DNA of 64,000 nt from Spirochaetia bacterium (GTDB taxonomy: Bacteria; Spirochaetota; Spirochaetia; DSM-2461). The position numbers and the translations under genes were made by a program. Below are positions 62,001 through 64,000 of the stretch, one piece after another. The number at the start of each line of letters is the position of its first letter. Position 1 is the stretch's first letter. The notes beneath the pieces were generated by a model. The model worked only from the letters and a program-made list of their open reading frames with translations. It was not told where the DNA came from and did no database searches. Where the stretch lies: positions 352,001 through 416,000 of the forward strand of contig OY764216.1 in the NCBI GenBank assembly GCA_963668315.1, read 5' to 3'.

Positions 62001-62521
62001 GAACCTCTGTAAGGGATGATACGGGAAGAGACCAGATCTTTCTCTTTAGCAAAAATTACACCGGGAGAGCGGTGTATCTGAGAAACCACGACCCTTTCGG
62101 CGCCGTTTATAATAAAGGTTCCCCTGTCCGTCATAAGGGGGATGTCCCCTATGTATATGTCTTTCTGACGGATTTCCCCTGTGCTCTGGAAAACCAGGTT
62201 GATTCGGGCTTTAACAGGAACGCCATAGGTGAGTCCTTTCTTTTTACAGCCCTCTTCGTCAAATTTAATCCCGTCGAAATCCAGGGTATAAAAATCAAAA
62301 TCAAGAACCAGCTCGCCGTTGGCACTCTCTATGGGAAAAATCGTTTCGAATACGCTTTGAAGTCCGCGGTCCTCAAGGGGCTCACCCTTTTTTACCCGAT
62401 CCAGTTGTAAAAATTTCTCATATGATGATAACTGAATATCAATAAGATTGGGCATTGAGACAACTTCTTCTGTCGGTGTCCCTATAAAAGTTCTTTTCTG
62501 TGCCTTATCTCGTGTAAACAC
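59024..62521 (-). CDS. rpoB: RNA polymerase beta subunit
   Basis: 'FIINGAERV', '[10 protein letters not shown]', '[12 protein letters not shown]'; GTG 62521 with AGGGGG RBS. Confidence 0.99.
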   Translation of the reverse strand: MFTRDKAQKRTFIGTPTEEVVSMPNLIDIQLSSYEKFLQLDRVKKGEPLEDRGLQSVFETIFPIESANGELVLDFDFYTLDFDGIKFDEEGCKKKGLTYGVPVKARINLVFQSTGEIRQKDIYIGDIPLMTDRGTFIINGAERVVVSQIHRSPGVIFAKEKDLVSSRIIPYRGSWLEFEVEGKKDLIYTKIDRKKKILGTLFLRALGYDSREKIIDLFYKTKKMKVVPNKEGDKSLNGRVLARAVMVETDGEEKKLYPAGVKIYPNDIDELVHSGVESVSVIDFTAEGSLNSQVIINCFDREESRFNGDEVSDEPSRADAISTIYSILMPGEPITIENAEKDLNSMFFSSRRYDLGLVGRYKLNKKFDHGISMEEHVLTREDITRTMDWLIRVYEGDENVDDIDHLGNRRVRSVGELLENALKTAFTRMERISKERMSLKDVETLKPQDLISIKPVVAAIKEFFGSSQLSQFMDQVNPLAELTHKRRLNALGPGGLSRDRAGFEVRDVHYTHYGRMCPIETPEGPNIGLIVSLANYTRVNDYGFLETPYRKVVNGVATKEVEYLSAMDEERNFIAQASAVIDKEGHFQEKAVAVRRSGDYTVQDPKDISYMDVSPRQIISTAASLIPFLEHDDANRALMGCNMQRQAVPLMFPEAPLVGTGMEGRAAYDSGVVVKAKRAGKVTYVSSTKIVIEPNEKVKPEDKDEYPLQKFRRTNQDTCFNNRPIVELGEEVPAGGVLADGPSTANGELSLGRNLLVGFVPWNGYNYEDAVLISEKVVKDDYYTSIHIKEFSTEIRETKLGPEKLTRDIPNVSDKALENLDAEGIIRVGAKVHSGDILVGKVTPKSETETTPEFKLLNSIFGEKAKEVRDSSLRLPHGAQGTIIDIQRLKRSEGDDLSPGVDEVVKVLLATKRKLKEGDKMAGRHGNKGVVALVLPEEDMPFMEDGTPLEVCLNPLGVPSRMNIGQIMETMLGMAGAQLGKMYETPVFQSVSTEEINNQLAEAGIPEASKIQLRDGRTGDLLDNPVFVGYMYYLKLHHLVDDKMHARSTGPYSLVTQQPLGGKAQFGGQRLGEMEVWALEAYGAANTLQELMTIKSDDMTGRTKIYEAIVKGDATTSAGIPESFNVLVQELRGLALDVEIFDSKGKQVPFTERDEELLNRQDNRF

Positions 62522-62533
62522 AATATCCCCCTG

Positions 62534-62578
62534 AATATAATTATCCACTGATAGAATCAATATCCTACCAGTGGATAA
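62534..62578 (-). terminator. Long hairpin (attenuator-like) between rplL and rpoB
   Basis: TTATCCACTGGTAGGAT-ATTG-ATTCTATCAGTGGATAA followed by TTATATT. Confidence 0.6.
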
Positions 62579-62611
62579 GGAGTTACTTAATTAATTAAAC
62601 CGTAAAAGCTA

Positions 62612-62992
62612 TTATTTAACTTCAACAGTTGCGCCGGCGCCTTCAAGCTTGGACTTAATGTCAGCAGCTTCTTCTTTGGAAACGCCTTCCTTAACAGCCT
62701 TTTCACCAGCTTCTACCAGCTCTTTGGCTTCCTTAAGACCCAGACCAGTGATTCCTCTTACCTCTTTGATAACAGCAATCTTCTTGGCAGCGTCAAATCC
62801 TTTGAGGACTACGTCAAATTCAGTCTGCTCTTCAGCAGCAGCACCGGGAGCGGCAGCGCCGGGAGCGGCAGCAGCTACGGCTACGGGAGCAGCAGCGGTT
62901 ACACCAAATTTTTCTTCCATAGCTTTAACGAGCTCGGAAACCTCAAGTACAGTCATGCCAGCAATGGCATCAAGAATTTCTTCAGTTGTCAT
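62612..62992 (-). CDS. rplL: 50S ribosomal protein L7/L12
   Basis: '[10 protein letters not shown]', '[23 protein letters not shown]'. Confidence 0.98.
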   Translation of the reverse strand: MTTEEILDAIAGMTVLEVSELVKAMEEKFGVTAAAPVAVAAAAPGAAAPGAAAEEQTEFDVVLKGFDAAKKIAVIKEVRGITGLGLKEAKELVEAGEKAVKEGVSKEEAADIKSKLEGAGATVEVK

Positions 62993-63008
62993 ATTATCTT
63001 CTCCTTTT

Positions 63009-63036
63009 ATTATATTACACGGCGAAAGCATGTCAA
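63009..63036 (-). promoter_or_regulatory. Consensus promoter TTGACA-16-TATAAT inside rplJ-rplL spacer
   Basis: Perfect hexamers at 63036-63031 and 63014-63009. Confidence 0.6.
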
Positions 63037-63069
63037 CCACGAAGACTTACGCCGCAAGATTACAAAAAA

Positions 63070-63600
63070 CTATGCGTTTCCCTTCTGTTCGCGAACCGCA
63101 TCGAGGGTCCGGACCAGTTTAGTTGTAATATCGTTGAGGGCACAGGCCAGGTTGCGTGCGGGAGCCTGCATGGTTCCCATGAGCATCTGGATGAGCTCCG
63201 TCTTGGTGGGCAGCTTGGAGAACTGCTCAACCTGTTTCGGATCAAAGATATTACCGTCAACAAAACCACCCTTGATTTCCACGGGAGATTCGTTGGCAAA
63301 GTCAAGAAGGGCTTTAGCAACGGGACCAGCTTCATCTTTTACGATGGTTACAGCGGTAGGTCCGACAAGAAAGTCATCAAGACCTTCTTTTTCAAGCTGC
63401 TTGAACGCAATCTTGGCATAATTATTTTTTACTACGTGAAATTCGGCATCCAGCTTTCTCAGATTACCCCGCAGAGCGGTGATCTGATCTACGGTCAGAC
63501 CACGATAATCGGCGAAAAAGAAATCGGTTACCTCACCAAACTGCTCTTTAAGAGCAGCTACAGCTTCCAGCTTACTGGGTTGTATTTTAGTTTCAGCCAT
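63070..63600 (-). CDS. rplJ: 50S ribosomal protein L10
   Basis: 'DYRGLTV', 'VVKN', 'GPTA', 'KLPTK'. Confidence 0.97.
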   Translation of the reverse strand: MAETKIQPSKLEAVAALKEQFGEVTDFFFADYRGLTVDQITALRGNLRKLDAEFHVVKNNYAKIAFKQLEKEGLDDFLVGPTAVTIVKDEAGPVAKALLDFANESPVEIKGGFVDGNIFDPKQVEQFSKLPTKTELIQMLMGTMQAPARNLACALNDITTKLVRTLDAVREQKGNA

Positions 63601-63610
63601 ATACTACTCC

Positions 63611-64000
63611 TTAGTTTGCCCTGTATTCGATTTTTACACCGGGCCCCATGGACGAGGAAATCGCCACGGATTTTACAAAATCACCCTTAACATCGGAAGG
63701 CCTTCTCTTTATCAGATCACTGAGAAAAAGCTCAACGTTCTCTTTGATACCATTTGCGTCCATGGACACTTTCCCAACGGCAATATGAACAACGCCGGTT
63801 TTATCGGCACGATACTCGGTACGACCTTTCTTCAGCTCTTCCAGGGCGCCCTTGATATCCATAGTTACGGTTCTTGTCTTGGGGTTGGGCATCATGCCTC
63901 TCCGGCCAAGAACGGGACCGAGCTTACCTACATCCTTCATCATATCGGGAGTAGCAACACAAACATCGAAGTCCATCCAGCCGCCCTTGATTTTCTCAAC
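63611..64000 (-). CDS. rplA: 50S ribosomal protein L1 (5' truncated by window edge)
   Basis: 'ATPDMM', '[11 protein letters not shown]', 'SSMGPG'. Confidence 0.97.
   Translation of the reverse strand, partial: VEKIKGGWMDFDVCVATPDMMKDVGKLGPVLGRRGMMPNPKTRTVTMDIKGALEELKKGRTEYRADKTGVVHIAVGKVSMDANGIKENVELFLSDLIKRRPSDVKGDFVKSVAISSSMGPGVKIEYRAN

Overview
Core-chromosome window from a spirochete. It is probably a free-living Spirochaetales member, inferred from gene order, an RpoB Asn at E. coli position 531, a non-DAP MurE motif and spirochete-type lipoproteins. The right ~25 kb (39.4-64 kb, minus strand) is the ribosomal/RNA-polymerase supercluster rplA-rplJ-rplL-rpoB-rpoC-rpsL-rpsG-tuf-S10-spc-alpha, which lacks fusA, adk, map, infA and rpsD. 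The left ~39 kb holds housekeeping and signalling genes: WYL regulator, amidohydrolase, CPBP protease, response regulator, murE, LonC-type protease, HDOD protein, 7TM GGDEF/EAL protein, SNF2 helicase, MCP, exbB-exbD-tonB, corA, der, ptsI, GerMN, tlyA, ymdB-like phosphoesterase and rny. The best candidate for an undescribed system is the three-gene locus at 6212-10257. There, a stand-alone membrane sensor module is translationally coupled to a 613-aa protein built from two tandem [multi-TM + OmpR-like winged helix with a Cys cluster] units, followed by a beta-rich lipoprotein and preceded by a GC-rich multi-hairpin element with a 36-bp direct repeat. Other notable signals: recurrent predicted leaderless promoters, including a divergent pair sharing one -35 palindrome; a highly structured 381-bp rpsG-tuf spacer where fusA normally sits; a consensus promoter directly before rplL; and an 11x18-bp coding VNTR. 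No CRISPR array, rRNA, tRNA or transposase was seen. All family assignments come from motif recognition by eye, not database searches.
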